Source of the DNA: Burkholderiales bacterium | Lineage (GTDB): Bacteria; Pseudomonadota; Gammaproteobacteria; Burkholderiales; SG8-41 | NCBI GenBank assembly: GCA_022843705.1 | Contig: JALHND010000003.1 | Span: 8,963 to 72,962, forward strand | Reading direction: 5' to 3' | Length of the DNA stretch: 64,000 bases | In this document: positions 37,404-44,845 of the stretch, in pieces | Layout: each line of letters starts with the position of its first letter | How positions within the stretch are numbered: position 1 is the stretch's first letter | Program-made: the position numbers and the translations under genes | The notes under the pieces: model-generated | Told to the model about the DNA's origin: nothing | What the model saw: only the letters and a program-made list of their open reading frames with translations | The model's database searches: none

Positions 37404-38042
37404 ATGGCCGGCATGACGCGAGCAAACGGACCGGCCGATTACCGGCGCATCGCCGCAGACTACGACAACAGCGCCCGGCGCACCATGGCATTGCGCCGGC
37501 GCACGATTGAATGCCTCCGGCTGCAGCCGGGCGACACCGTGGTCGATGCCGGTTGCGGCACCGGCCTTGGTTTCGATCTGTTGCTTGCGGCGGTTGGCAG
37601 TTCGGGCCGGGTGATCGGTGTCGAGGCCAGTCCGGAAATGATGGCGCTGGCCCGGCAGCGCGTGGCCGCGGCCCGCTGGGACAACGTGCTGCTGATCGAG
37701 TCGGACATCCAGTCCGCGCGCTGGCCGTTGCCTGCCGATGCCCTGCTGTTCAATTATGTGCACGACATCCTGCGCTCCCCGGAGGCGCTGCAGGCGGTAT
37801 TTGCCCAGTCCCGTCCCGGCGCCCGTGTCGCCGCCGCCGGCATCAGGCACCCGCCGCGCTGGCTCGACCCGCTGCGCCTCTACCGCCGCTTCAAGTCACG
37901 CGGCTGCTACACAAGTTACGAAGGTCTCGACCGGCCCTGGGATCTGCTGCAGCACCGGGTGCCCGGTCTGCGTGTCGAATCGACGCTGTTCGGCACCGGA
38001 TACATCGCCTGGGGGGAGCTTGAGCCGCAGCCCGCGGAATAA
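37404..38042 (+). CDS. Class I SAM-dependent methyltransferase
   Basis: Tail of track ORF 36330..38042 from ATG 37404 (MAGMTRANG...). Motif I VVDAGCGTG. Divergent from ndh. Confidence 0.75.
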   Translation: MAGMTRANGPADYRRIAADYDNSARRTMALRRRTIECLRLQPGDTVVDAGCGTGLGFDLLLAAVGSSGRVIGVEASPEMMALARQRVAAARWDNVLLIESDIQSARWPLPADALLFNYVHDILRSPEALQAVFAQSRPGARVAAAGIRHPPRWLDPLRLYRRFKSRGCYTSYEGLDRPWDLLQHRVPGLRVESTLFGTGYIAWGELEPQPAE

Positions 38043-38115
38043 GCCCACGTCCGTGATTGTTGTAAGGGCAGCGCAAAGGCTCCGACTCAGGTAACAACCG
38101 ACTCCGGAAACATCC

Positions 38116-39423
38116 ATGGCCGTCAAGCGAATACTGGTGCTGTTTCCCAAGGACTGGGATCGCGCGGAACTCGATCATCCGCGTTATCGCGGCCGTTATG
38201 AATTCCTGTTCGAAGGTTTCGACCTGTTCCGTTTTCCCGAGAACGCGCGGCTGCTGTTCTTTGACGTGCGCCGCCACATCGACCGCCTCGTGCGCCGGTA
38301 CCGCGGCCGCATCGACGGCGTGTTCAGCAACAACGAGCATTTCGGCGCCCTGATTGCCGCGGTGCTTGCGCAGCGGCTCGGCCTGCCGGGCACCGATCCG
38401 GCGGTGGTGATTGCCGCGCAGCACAAATATTACGCGCGTTGCCTGCAGCGCCGCATAGTCCCCGGGGCGGTTCCGGATTTCGAGGTCCTGCCGTACTCAA
38501 GCGCACCGGCCGCAGCGCCGCGGCTGGGATTTCCCTGTTTCGTGAAGCCGGTCAAGGCCACGTACTCCGTGCTCGCCCGCCGCATCGACTCGCTCGCGGC
38601 GCTGCGCGAACTGCTCGATTTTTCACCGCTGGAGCGGCTGATCCTGGGCCGCCTGGTGCGGCCCTTCGACGACCTGATGCCGCTGCACACGCCGTTTGAA
38701 ATCGGCGCAAGGTCGATGATCGCGGAAGGCATCATGACGGGGGAGCAGGTCAATATCGACGGTTATGTGCATCACGGCCGTATCACCGTGCTCGGCATCG
38801 TCGACGAGGTGATGTACCCCGGCACCCAGGCCTTCATGCGTTTCGAGTATCCCTCGCGCCTTGATCCGGCCGTGCGCCGGCGCATGGTTGCGCTGTGCGA
38901 AAGATTGCTGGCCGGCATGGACTACAGCCACGGATTCTTCAATATCGAACTGATGCATGATCCGGCCACCGGCGCGATCGGCATCGTCGAGGTCAATCCC
39001 CGCATGGCGACCCAGATCGTCAATCTATACCGCCGGGTCGACGGCTGCGACCCCCATGCGATGCTGTTCGATCTGGCAGTGGGCGAGGCGCCGCAGCCCG
39101 TGTCCGGTCGCGGCGAGTTCCGTACCGCGGCAAGTTTTGTCTTCCGCCGCTTCGACGGCCGCGCGCCGGAGCGGATGCCGGATGCGGCGCAGATCGAAGC
39201 CTTGCGCCAGCGTCATCCCGATGCGCGCCTGATGCTGTATCCAAAACGCGGTGCCGGGCTGGCGCGGGAGATGAAATGGCTGGGCAGTCATCGTTACGCC
39301 GTGCTGAACCTCGGCGGCAGTGACGCCGAGGATCTGCTGGCCCGCTACGAGGCGATCCGCGGCGAGCTTGCGCTCGGCCCGGTGGATGCACCGGCAATCC
39401 GCCTGACCGCCTCGTCGGCCTGA
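38116..39423 (+). CDS. ATP-grasp domain protein of unknown specificity
   Basis: 435 aa with a pre-ATP-grasp N-domain, then FPCFVKPVKATYS, EGIMTGEQVNIDGY and FFNIELMHDPATGAIGIVEVNPRM (ATP-grasp Mg/ATP-binding blocks). Confidence 0.7.
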   Translation: MAVKRILVLFPKDWDRAELDHPRYRGRYEFLFEGFDLFRFPENARLLFFDVRRHIDRLVRRYRGRIDGVFSNNEHFGALIAAVLAQRLGLPGTDPAVVIAAQHKYYARCLQRRIVPGAVPDFEVLPYSSAPAAAPRLGFPCFVKPVKATYSVLARRIDSLAALRELLDFSPLERLILGRLVRPFDDLMPLHTPFEIGARSMIAEGIMTGEQVNIDGYVHHGRITVLGIVDEVMYPGTQAFMRFEYPSRLDPAVRRRMVALCERLLAGMDYSHGFFNIELMHDPATGAIGIVEVNPRMATQIVNLYRRVDGCDPHAMLFDLAVGEAPQPVSGRGEFRTAASFVFRRFDGRAPERMPDAAQIEALRQRHPDARLMLYPKRGAGLAREMKWLGSHRYAVLNLGGSDAEDLLARYEAIRGELALGPVDAPAIRLTASSA

Positions 39424-39929
39424 ACCACCCGCTCGATTCCGGCGGCACGCAGCGCTGCGACGGCTTCCGCGCGCGCGGTCACCACGCAATCGGCCGCGGC
39501 CATCTGGCGCCGCAGCCGTTCAAGCGCGTTTTGCGGCAATGCGGCCAGCCATTGCGGAGACATCGCGCAGATTCTCTGTGCCACCCGGACACCGCGCGCC
39601 AGTTCCGGCTGCGCGAATACGCGCTCCAGTGCATCCGGTTCGGCCATGCCGTCCACGGCCACGACCAGCCACTGCGGACGGGCACGGCGAACGAGCTGCA
39701 CGATCCCGGCATGCAGTGCGACCTGGCCGGTGCAGCAGGCGCAGCCGCTGACGGTTGCGGTTTCAAGTCCCGGCTGCGCGAGCTCAAGTGCGCTGCCGCC
39801 GCCATCGTTGTCGAGCAGCGCCCAGCGGCTGCCCGCAGGCCGTGCCCGCAGCAGCGCGGCGACGAAGCTGCGCTTGTCGGTGCCGGTCAATCCGCTGACC
39901 AGGCAGGCGGGAACGGGCGCGATGGGCAT
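39345..39929 (-). CDS. CobW/HypB/UreG-like (COG0523-type) domain protein with degenerate P-loop
   Basis: 194 aa with a strong GC3 coding signal. VSGLTGTDKRSF replaces GxxGxGKT. The CxCC motif is retained (SGCACCTG) and the ExSG position reads VDGMAEP. No C-terminal CobW domain. The 3' end overlaps the ATP-grasp gene by 79 nt. Confidence 0.5.
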   Translation of the reverse strand: MPIAPVPACLVSGLTGTDKRSFVAALLRARPAGSRWALLDNDGGGSALELAQPGLETATVSGCACCTGQVALHAGIVQLVRRARPQWLVVAVDGMAEPDALERVFAQPELARGVRVAQRICAMSPQWLAALPQNALERLRRQMAAADCVVTARAEAVAALRAAGIERVVQADEAVRRIAGASTGPSASSPRIAS

Positions 39930-40005
39930 TGTCGGATTATAGGCAGCGGCTTTTCAGCTACAATAAAAGAATAAAAAAATACCAATTAAAACAAGTATTT
40001 ACGAC

Positions 40006-40356
40006 ATGACCTCGCTGCCGCCCATGCTGACCACCGTGCTGCTGCTGACTGCGTCGAACGTATTCATGACCTTTGCCTGGTACGGCCACCTGAAACATCT
40101 CAACAGCTCGCCCTGGTGGATCGCCGCTTTCATATCCTGGGGCATCGCGCTGTTCGAATACCTGCTGCAGGTGCCGGCCAACCGGATCGGTTACACGACG
40201 ATGAGCCTCGGGCAACTGAAAATCCTGCAGGAAGTCATCACGCTGACGGTGTTTGTGCCTTTTGCAATTTTTTACATGGGGCAGGGTCTGAAGATGAATT
40301 ACCTGTATGCGGGACTGTGCCTGCTGGGCGCGGTCTATTTCATTTTTAAATCGTGA
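40006..40356 (+). CDS. DMT-superfamily small membrane protein (DUF486)
   Basis: 116 aa, 4 TM, MTFAWYGHLKH and LKILQEVITL blocks typical of DUF486. Confidence 0.8.
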   Translation: MTSLPPMLTTVLLLTASNVFMTFAWYGHLKHLNSSPWWIAAFISWGIALFEYLLQVPANRIGYTTMSLGQLKILQEVITLTVFVPFAIFYMGQGLKMNYLYAGLCLLGAVYFIFKS

Positions 40357-40450
40357 GGTGTGAGGAGTCAGGTGTGAAGTGTGAGGAATAAGGAGAGGGG
40401 CCTTGCCCCTTGTTTTTCACCCCTCACCCCTCACTCCTTACACCTTACTC
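40357..40450. repeat. GTGAGG-type palindromic intergenic element, copy 2
   Basis: Left arm gtgaggtgtgaggagtcaggtgtgaagtgtgagg, core aggggccttgcccct hairpin, right arm cacccctcacccctcactccttacaccttactc. Shares the exact 20-mer gtgaggagtcaggtgtgaag (40360-40379) with copy 1. Confidence 0.8.
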
Positions 40451-40473
40451 ATCTGCTATCCTCGGCCCCCATC

Positions 40474-41820
40474 ATGCACATCCACATCCTCGGCATCTGC
40501 GGCACTTTCATGGGCGGACTGGCGGTGATTGCGCGCGCTGCGGGCCACACCGTCACCGGTTGCGATGCCAATGTTTATCCGCCGATGAGCACACAGCTTG
40601 AGGCGCAGGGCATCCAGCTGATCCAGGGCTACGAGGCCGAGCAGGCCGATCTCAATCCCGACCTGTTCGTGGTCGGCAATGTCATCTCGCGCGGCAATCC
40701 GCTGATGGAGGCCATCCTCAATCGCGGCCTGTCCTATATTTCCGGCCCGCGCTGGCTGCGCGAACATGTGCTGCAGGGGCGCTGGGTGCTGGCCGTCGCC
40801 GGCACCCACGGCAAGACCACCACCAGTTCGATGCTGGCCTGGATTCTCGAGCATGCGGGGCTCAATCCCGGATTCCTGATCGGCGGTGTGCCGCAGAATT
40901 TCGGCGTCTCGGCGCGGCTCACCGAAACGCCGTTTTTCGTGATCGAGGCCGACGAGTACGACACTGCGTTTTTCGACAAGCGTTCGAAGTTCGTGCATTA
41001 CACGCCGCGCACCGTGGTGCTCAACAACCTTGAATACGACCACGCCGACATTTTTCCGGACCTTGCGGCGATCGAAACCCAGTTCCACCACATGCTGCGC
41101 ACGGTGCCCGGCAACGGGTTGATCGTCGCCCACGGCGCGGAGCCGGCGCTGGAGCGCGTGCTCGCGCGCGGCGCCTGGACGCCGGTGCAGCGCTTCGGCG
41201 GCGGCGGCGAATGGCAGGCCGGCGAGCCCGACGACAATGGCGCCTTCGAGGTTTTCCACGAGGGCGCTTCGCGCGGCCGCGTGTTGTGGGACCTGCTCGG
41301 CGCGCACAACCGGATGAACGCGCTGGCGGCGATCGCCGCGGCGCGCCATGCCGGGGTGCCGGCGGCCGGCGCGGTCGATGCGCTGGGCCAGTTCAAGAAT
41401 GTCCGCCGCAGGATGGAAATTCGCGGCACGGTGCGCGGCGTCACGGTCTACGATGATTTTGCCCACCATCCGACGGCGATCGCCACCACCATCGCCGGTC
41501 TGCGGCGCAAGGTCGGCGCAGCACGCATACTCGCGGTGATCGAGCCGCGTTCGAACACGATGAAACTCGGCGTCATGAAGCAGGCGCTGCCGGGAAGCCT
41601 GCAGGATGCGGATCAGGTGTTCTGCTACAGCGGCGGCCTCGGCTGGAATGCCGCCGAGGCGCTGGCGCCGCTGGGCGCAAAAGCCGCGGTGCACGAGGAC
41701 CTTGATGCGATGACGGCCGCGATTGCCTCGGCTGCGCGCAACGGTGACCACGTGCTGGTGATGAGCAACGGCGGTTTTGGCGGCATCCACGGCAAGCTGC
41801 TCGAACAACTCGCGAACTGA
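40474..41820 (+). CDS. mpl: UDP-N-acetylmuramate:L-alanyl-gamma-D-glutamyl-meso-DAP ligase
   Basis: Track ORF 40381..41820 trimmed to MHIHILGICGTFMGGLAVIARAAGHTVTGCDANVYPPMSTQL (ATG 40474). Mur ligase P-loop AGTHGKTTT. Confidence 0.92.
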   Translation: MHIHILGICGTFMGGLAVIARAAGHTVTGCDANVYPPMSTQLEAQGIQLIQGYEAEQADLNPDLFVVGNVISRGNPLMEAILNRGLSYISGPRWLREHVLQGRWVLAVAGTHGKTTTSSMLAWILEHAGLNPGFLIGGVPQNFGVSARLTETPFFVIEADEYDTAFFDKRSKFVHYTPRTVVLNNLEYDHADIFPDLAAIETQFHHMLRTVPGNGLIVAHGAEPALERVLARGAWTPVQRFGGGGEWQAGEPDDNGAFEVFHEGASRGRVLWDLLGAHNRMNALAAIAAARHAGVPAAGAVDALGQFKNVRRRMEIRGTVRGVTVYDDFAHHPTAIATTIAGLRRKVGAARILAVIEPRSNTMKLGVMKQALPGSLQDADQVFCYSGGLGWNAAEALAPLGAKAAVHEDLDAMTAAIASAARNGDHVLVMSNGGFGGIHGKLLEQLAN

Positions 41821-41823
41821 ATC

Positions 41824-43002
41824 ATGGCCAACATACCCGACGACGCACTCGGCGCCTTCTGCCGCCACACCCACGTTGCGCTGAAAGGTTCCGGCAGCGG
41901 CCCGCTCAAGGGGCTCAGCTTCGGCGTCAAGGACATCTATGACATCGCGGGCCACAAGACCGGATTCGGCAGTCCCGACTGGCTGGCGACGCATGAGCCC
42001 GCGACACGCACCGCGCCGGTCGTGGCCGCGCTGCTCGCCGCGGGCGCCGGCATGTCCGGCAAGACCCAGACCGACGAACTGACTTACAGCCTCAACGGCG
42101 AAAACGCGCACTACGGCACGCCGCGGAACGTCAATGCACGGGGGCGCATACCCGGCGGTTCCTCCAGCGGTTCTGCGGCTGCGGTTGCCGGCGGGCTGGT
42201 CGATTTCGCGCTCGGCAGCGACACCGGCGGTTCGGTGCGCGCACCGGCGAGTTTCTGCGGTGTTTACGGCATCCGTCCGACCCACGGCCGCGTGTCGCTG
42301 GAAGGCGCGTGCCCGCTGGCGAAAAGCTTCGACACCGCGGGCTGGTTCGCGCGCGATGCGGCACTGCTCGAACGCGTCGGGCGCGTGCTGCTCGGCGATG
42401 TCCCGGTGCCCGCGCAGGGTCCCGTGCTGCTGGCCGAAGACGCCTTCGCGCTGCTGGATCCTGCGGTGCACGCGGCGTTGCAGCCGGCACTGTCGCGCGC
42501 AACGGCAGTGCTCGGTGCGCCGCGCGCGGTGACGGTCAGCGCGGAAGGCCTGTCGCAGTGGTTCCAGGCCTTCCGCATATTGCAGGGCGCGGAAATCCAT
42601 GCGCAACTGGGCGAGTGGGTCGCGCGGGTGAAGCCGATGCTGGGTCCGGGCGTGAAGGAACGCATCGAGTGGACGGCCACGATCAAACCGGAACAAGTCG
42701 CGCAGGCGCAGGCCATGCGCGATGCGGCACGCGCACGCATGGATATATTGCTCGCGGACAACGCCGTGCTGCTGCTGCCGACCGTGCCCGACATCGCGCC
42801 GCTGCTGAACACTCCGCCAGCGCAACTCGACGATTTCCGCGCGAAGGCGATGAGCCTGCTGTGTATCGCCGGGCTTGCCGGATTGCCGCAGGTGACGTTG
42901 CCGCTGGCGACGCTGAATGGCTGCCCGCTGGGCTTGTCGCTGCTGGCGGGGCGGGGCAACGATGCGCTGTTATTGCATCTGGCGGGCGAAATCACGGCCT
43001 GA
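41824..43002 (+). CDS. Amidase-signature family amidase
   Basis: 392 aa with GGSSSGSAAAVAGGLVDFALGSDTGGSVRAPASFCG. Confidence 0.85.
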   Translation: MANIPDDALGAFCRHTHVALKGSGSGPLKGLSFGVKDIYDIAGHKTGFGSPDWLATHEPATRTAPVVAALLAAGAGMSGKTQTDELTYSLNGENAHYGTPRNVNARGRIPGGSSSGSAAAVAGGLVDFALGSDTGGSVRAPASFCGVYGIRPTHGRVSLEGACPLAKSFDTAGWFARDAALLERVGRVLLGDVPVPAQGPVLLAEDAFALLDPAVHAALQPALSRATAVLGAPRAVTVSAEGLSQWFQAFRILQGAEIHAQLGEWVARVKPMLGPGVKERIEWTATIKPEQVAQAQAMRDAARARMDILLADNAVLLLPTVPDIAPLLNTPPAQLDDFRAKAMSLLCIAGLAGLPQVTLPLATLNGCPLGLSLLAGRGNDALLLHLAGEITA

Positions 43003-43092
43003 TCAGTATGGGGCGGGTTTCCCGGTATTTTGGAGGGATCCCTGCAATCGGTGTCGTCCCGGCGAAAGCCGGAGCCCAAGGTTTTTCGAGGA

Positions 43093-43137
43093 TGGACGAG
43101 CCTGACCTGGTTGGCCATAATGTATTGCTTTTGCAAT
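43093..43137 (+). promoter_or_regulatory. Putative promoter and palindromic operator of the toxin-antitoxin operon
   Basis: TGGACG (43093-43098), 17 nt, CATAAT (43116-43121), then the palindrome ATTGC-tttt-GCAAT (43124-43137). Lies 19 nt upstream of the antitoxin ATG. Confidence 0.4.
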
Positions 43138-43155
43138 GCACCCGGAGACCAAGAC

Positions 43156-43428
43156 ATGAAAAACACCACCTTGCCGCCGCTGCGCGTTTCACCGGAATTG
43201 AGAAAGTCCGCTGAATCGGTGCTGGAAGAAGGCGAGACGCTGTCGGCTTTTTTGCTGGAGGCCGTTACCAACGGCATCGAGCGCCGGCGCCAGCAGCAGG
43301 TCTTTGTTGAGCGCGGCCTCTCCAGCCGGACCAGGGCGCTGAAGACCGGGCGCTATGTTTCCGCTGATGCCGTGGTCCGCAAGCTGCGCAATCGTCTCTC
43401 CAGGGCCAGGACCTCAGCGCCGGAATGA
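43156..43428 (+). CDS. Ribbon-helix-helix (CopG/ParD-like) antitoxin
   Basis: Trimmed to MKNTTLPPLRVSPELRKSAESVLEEGETLSAFLLEAVTNGIERRR (90 aa). RHH pattern and ATGA overlap with the following toxin gene. Confidence 0.7.
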   Translation: MKNTTLPPLRVSPELRKSAESVLEEGETLSAFLLEAVTNGIERRRQQQVFVERGLSSRTRALKTGRYVSADAVVRKLRNRLSRARTSAPE

Positions 43429-43727
43429 AGCCGCATCGTCTGCGCTTCACCCCGGAGGCGGAGGAAGACCTGCTTCGGTTATATGATTTTCTTGTTGCGC
43501 GTGACCCGGCTCTGGCCAAACGGGCCTTGTCCGCCATCGAATCGGGACTCAAGCTGCTTTCGCTGTCACCCTACTCATGCCGGAAGGCGGTGTCGGGCGA
43601 GACGGTGTTGCGTGAACTGCTGATCCCTTTCGGAAATGCGGGATATGTCGCATTGTTCGAGATCGAGCGGTCCGCGACAGTGACCATACTGGCCGTCCGG
43701 CATCAGCGGGAGGATGACTACCATTAA
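43425..43727 (+). CDS. RelE/ParE-family toxin (ParE-like)
   Basis: 100 aa, MKPHRLRFTPEAEEDLLRLYDFL...YVALFEIERSATVTILAVRHQREDDY, a typical ParE layout. Confidence 0.85.
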   Translation: MKPHRLRFTPEAEEDLLRLYDFLVARDPALAKRALSAIESGLKLLSLSPYSCRKAVSGETVLRELLIPFGNAGYVALFEIERSATVTILAVRHQREDDYH

Positions 43728-43779
43728 TGACGCGGCAGCGTTACCGCAAGGCAGGGGCATTTTCCAAAAGGAATCCGGC

Positions 43780-44064
43780 ATGGCCGGCAAAGTGACGAAA
43801 TCGAGCGGCAACATCTTTCGGGACCTCGGATTTCCCCCGCACGAGGCCGAGGTCATGCTGTTGCGCGCACAACTGGCCGAGGCCCTGCGCGGCTGGATGG
43901 AGCGCGAAGGACTGAACCAGGCGCAGGCGGCGAAACGGCCGGGCATCAGCCGGCCGCGGGTCTCGGAAATCACGCGCGGCAAGGTGGAACTGCTGTCGCT
44001 GGATCATCTGGTGGGCTTGTGTGCCAAGGCGGGGATTTCGGTGGGCGTGAAGCTGGCGGCGTGA
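43780..44064 (+). CDS. XRE-family HTH protein of the HigA-type antitoxin class
   Basis: Trimmed to MAGKVTKSSGNIFRDLGFPPHEAEVMLLRAQLAEALRGWMEREGLNQAQAAKRPGISRPRVSEITRGKVELLSLDHLV (ATG 43780, AAGGA upstream). SSGN(I/V)F-DLGF and QPRVS-RGK blocks are typical of antitoxins that follow HigB/Gp49-type toxins. Confidence 0.8.
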   Translation: MAGKVTKSSGNIFRDLGFPPHEAEVMLLRAQLAEALRGWMEREGLNQAQAAKRPGISRPRVSEITRGKVELLSLDHLVGLCAKAGISVGVKLAA

Positions 44065-44126
44065 AGCGGGTTGGATAATGTTGGCTGCCGATACTTGTGT
44101 GACCATTTAATTCCCATCATTCGCAA

Positions 44127-44699
44127 TTGCTGATCTACATCCACGGCTTCAACAGCTCCGCGCTGTCGTACAAGGCCGGCCTGCTGCGCGAACACATGGC
44201 GAAGCTGGACTTGGCCGATCACTACGCCTGTCCCGAACTGTCGCATCGGCCGAACGAGGCGATGGCGCAGCTCGAAACGCTGATTGCGCCGCATGATCCG
44301 CGCGGTGTGACGCTGGTGGGTTCCTCGCTGGGCGGTTTCTACGCGACATCTCTGGTCGAACGTGTCGGTGCACGCGCGGTGCTGGTGAATCCCGCAGTGC
44401 GGCCTTACGAGTTGCTGGCCGGTTATCTGGGTCCGCAGAAAAACCTCTACACCGGCGAGGCCTACGAACTGACGCCGCAGCATATCGCCGAGCTGCGTGC
44501 GCTTGAGGTGGATACCGTCACGCCGTCGCGTTACCTGCTGATCACAGCCACCGGTGACGAGGTGCTCGATTACCGCGCGGGTGTCGAACGTTATGCCGGC
44601 TGCGAGCAGATCGTCGTGCCGGGCGGCGATCACGGATTCCGCGGCTTCTCCGCTTACCTCGAAACCGTCGTCGCGTTCTGGCAGCGCGGGCGCGTATAA
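44127..44699 (+). CDS. yqiA: YqiA/YcfP-family esterase (alpha/beta hydrolase)
   Basis: 190 aa, TTG start, MLIYIHGFNSS..., nucleophile elbow GSSLGG, C-terminal GGDHGF. Confidence 0.8.
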   Translation: MLIYIHGFNSSALSYKAGLLREHMAKLDLADHYACPELSHRPNEAMAQLETLIAPHDPRGVTLVGSSLGGFYATSLVERVGARAVLVNPAVRPYELLAGYLGPQKNLYTGEAYELTPQHIAELRALEVDTVTPSRYLLITATGDEVLDYRAGVERYAGCEQIVVPGGDHGFRGFSAYLETVVAFWQRGRV

Positions 44700-44757
44700 T
44701 TCGCGGCCCTGTTCCGGACTTTTTGAATAGCATTTCCGGCGCCCGTTTTTTAGGTTT

Positions 44758-44796
44758 CCCCCTCACCCCCGACCCCTCTCCCGATGGGAGAGGGGA
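44758..44796. repeat. CCTCAC-type repeat plus perfect 9-bp hairpin
   Basis: ccccctcacccccga followed by CCCCTCTCC-cgatg-GGAGAGGGG. REP-like, between yqiA and the RNB gene. Confidence 0.6.
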
Positions 44797-44845
44797 GATA
44801 TTGGCGGAACGGGTCTGATGACCCGTTCCGAGAAGCTTGGTCGAC

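Noticed and set aside
43714-43779. N-terminal extension of the XRE gene (MTTINDAAALPQGRGIFQKESG) overlapping the ParE stop
   Set aside because: The internal ATG at 43780 is preceded by AAAAGGAA and yields the canonical start of this antitoxin family (M..K...SSGN.F.DLGF). The extension is unconserved-looking and overlaps the toxin 3' end.
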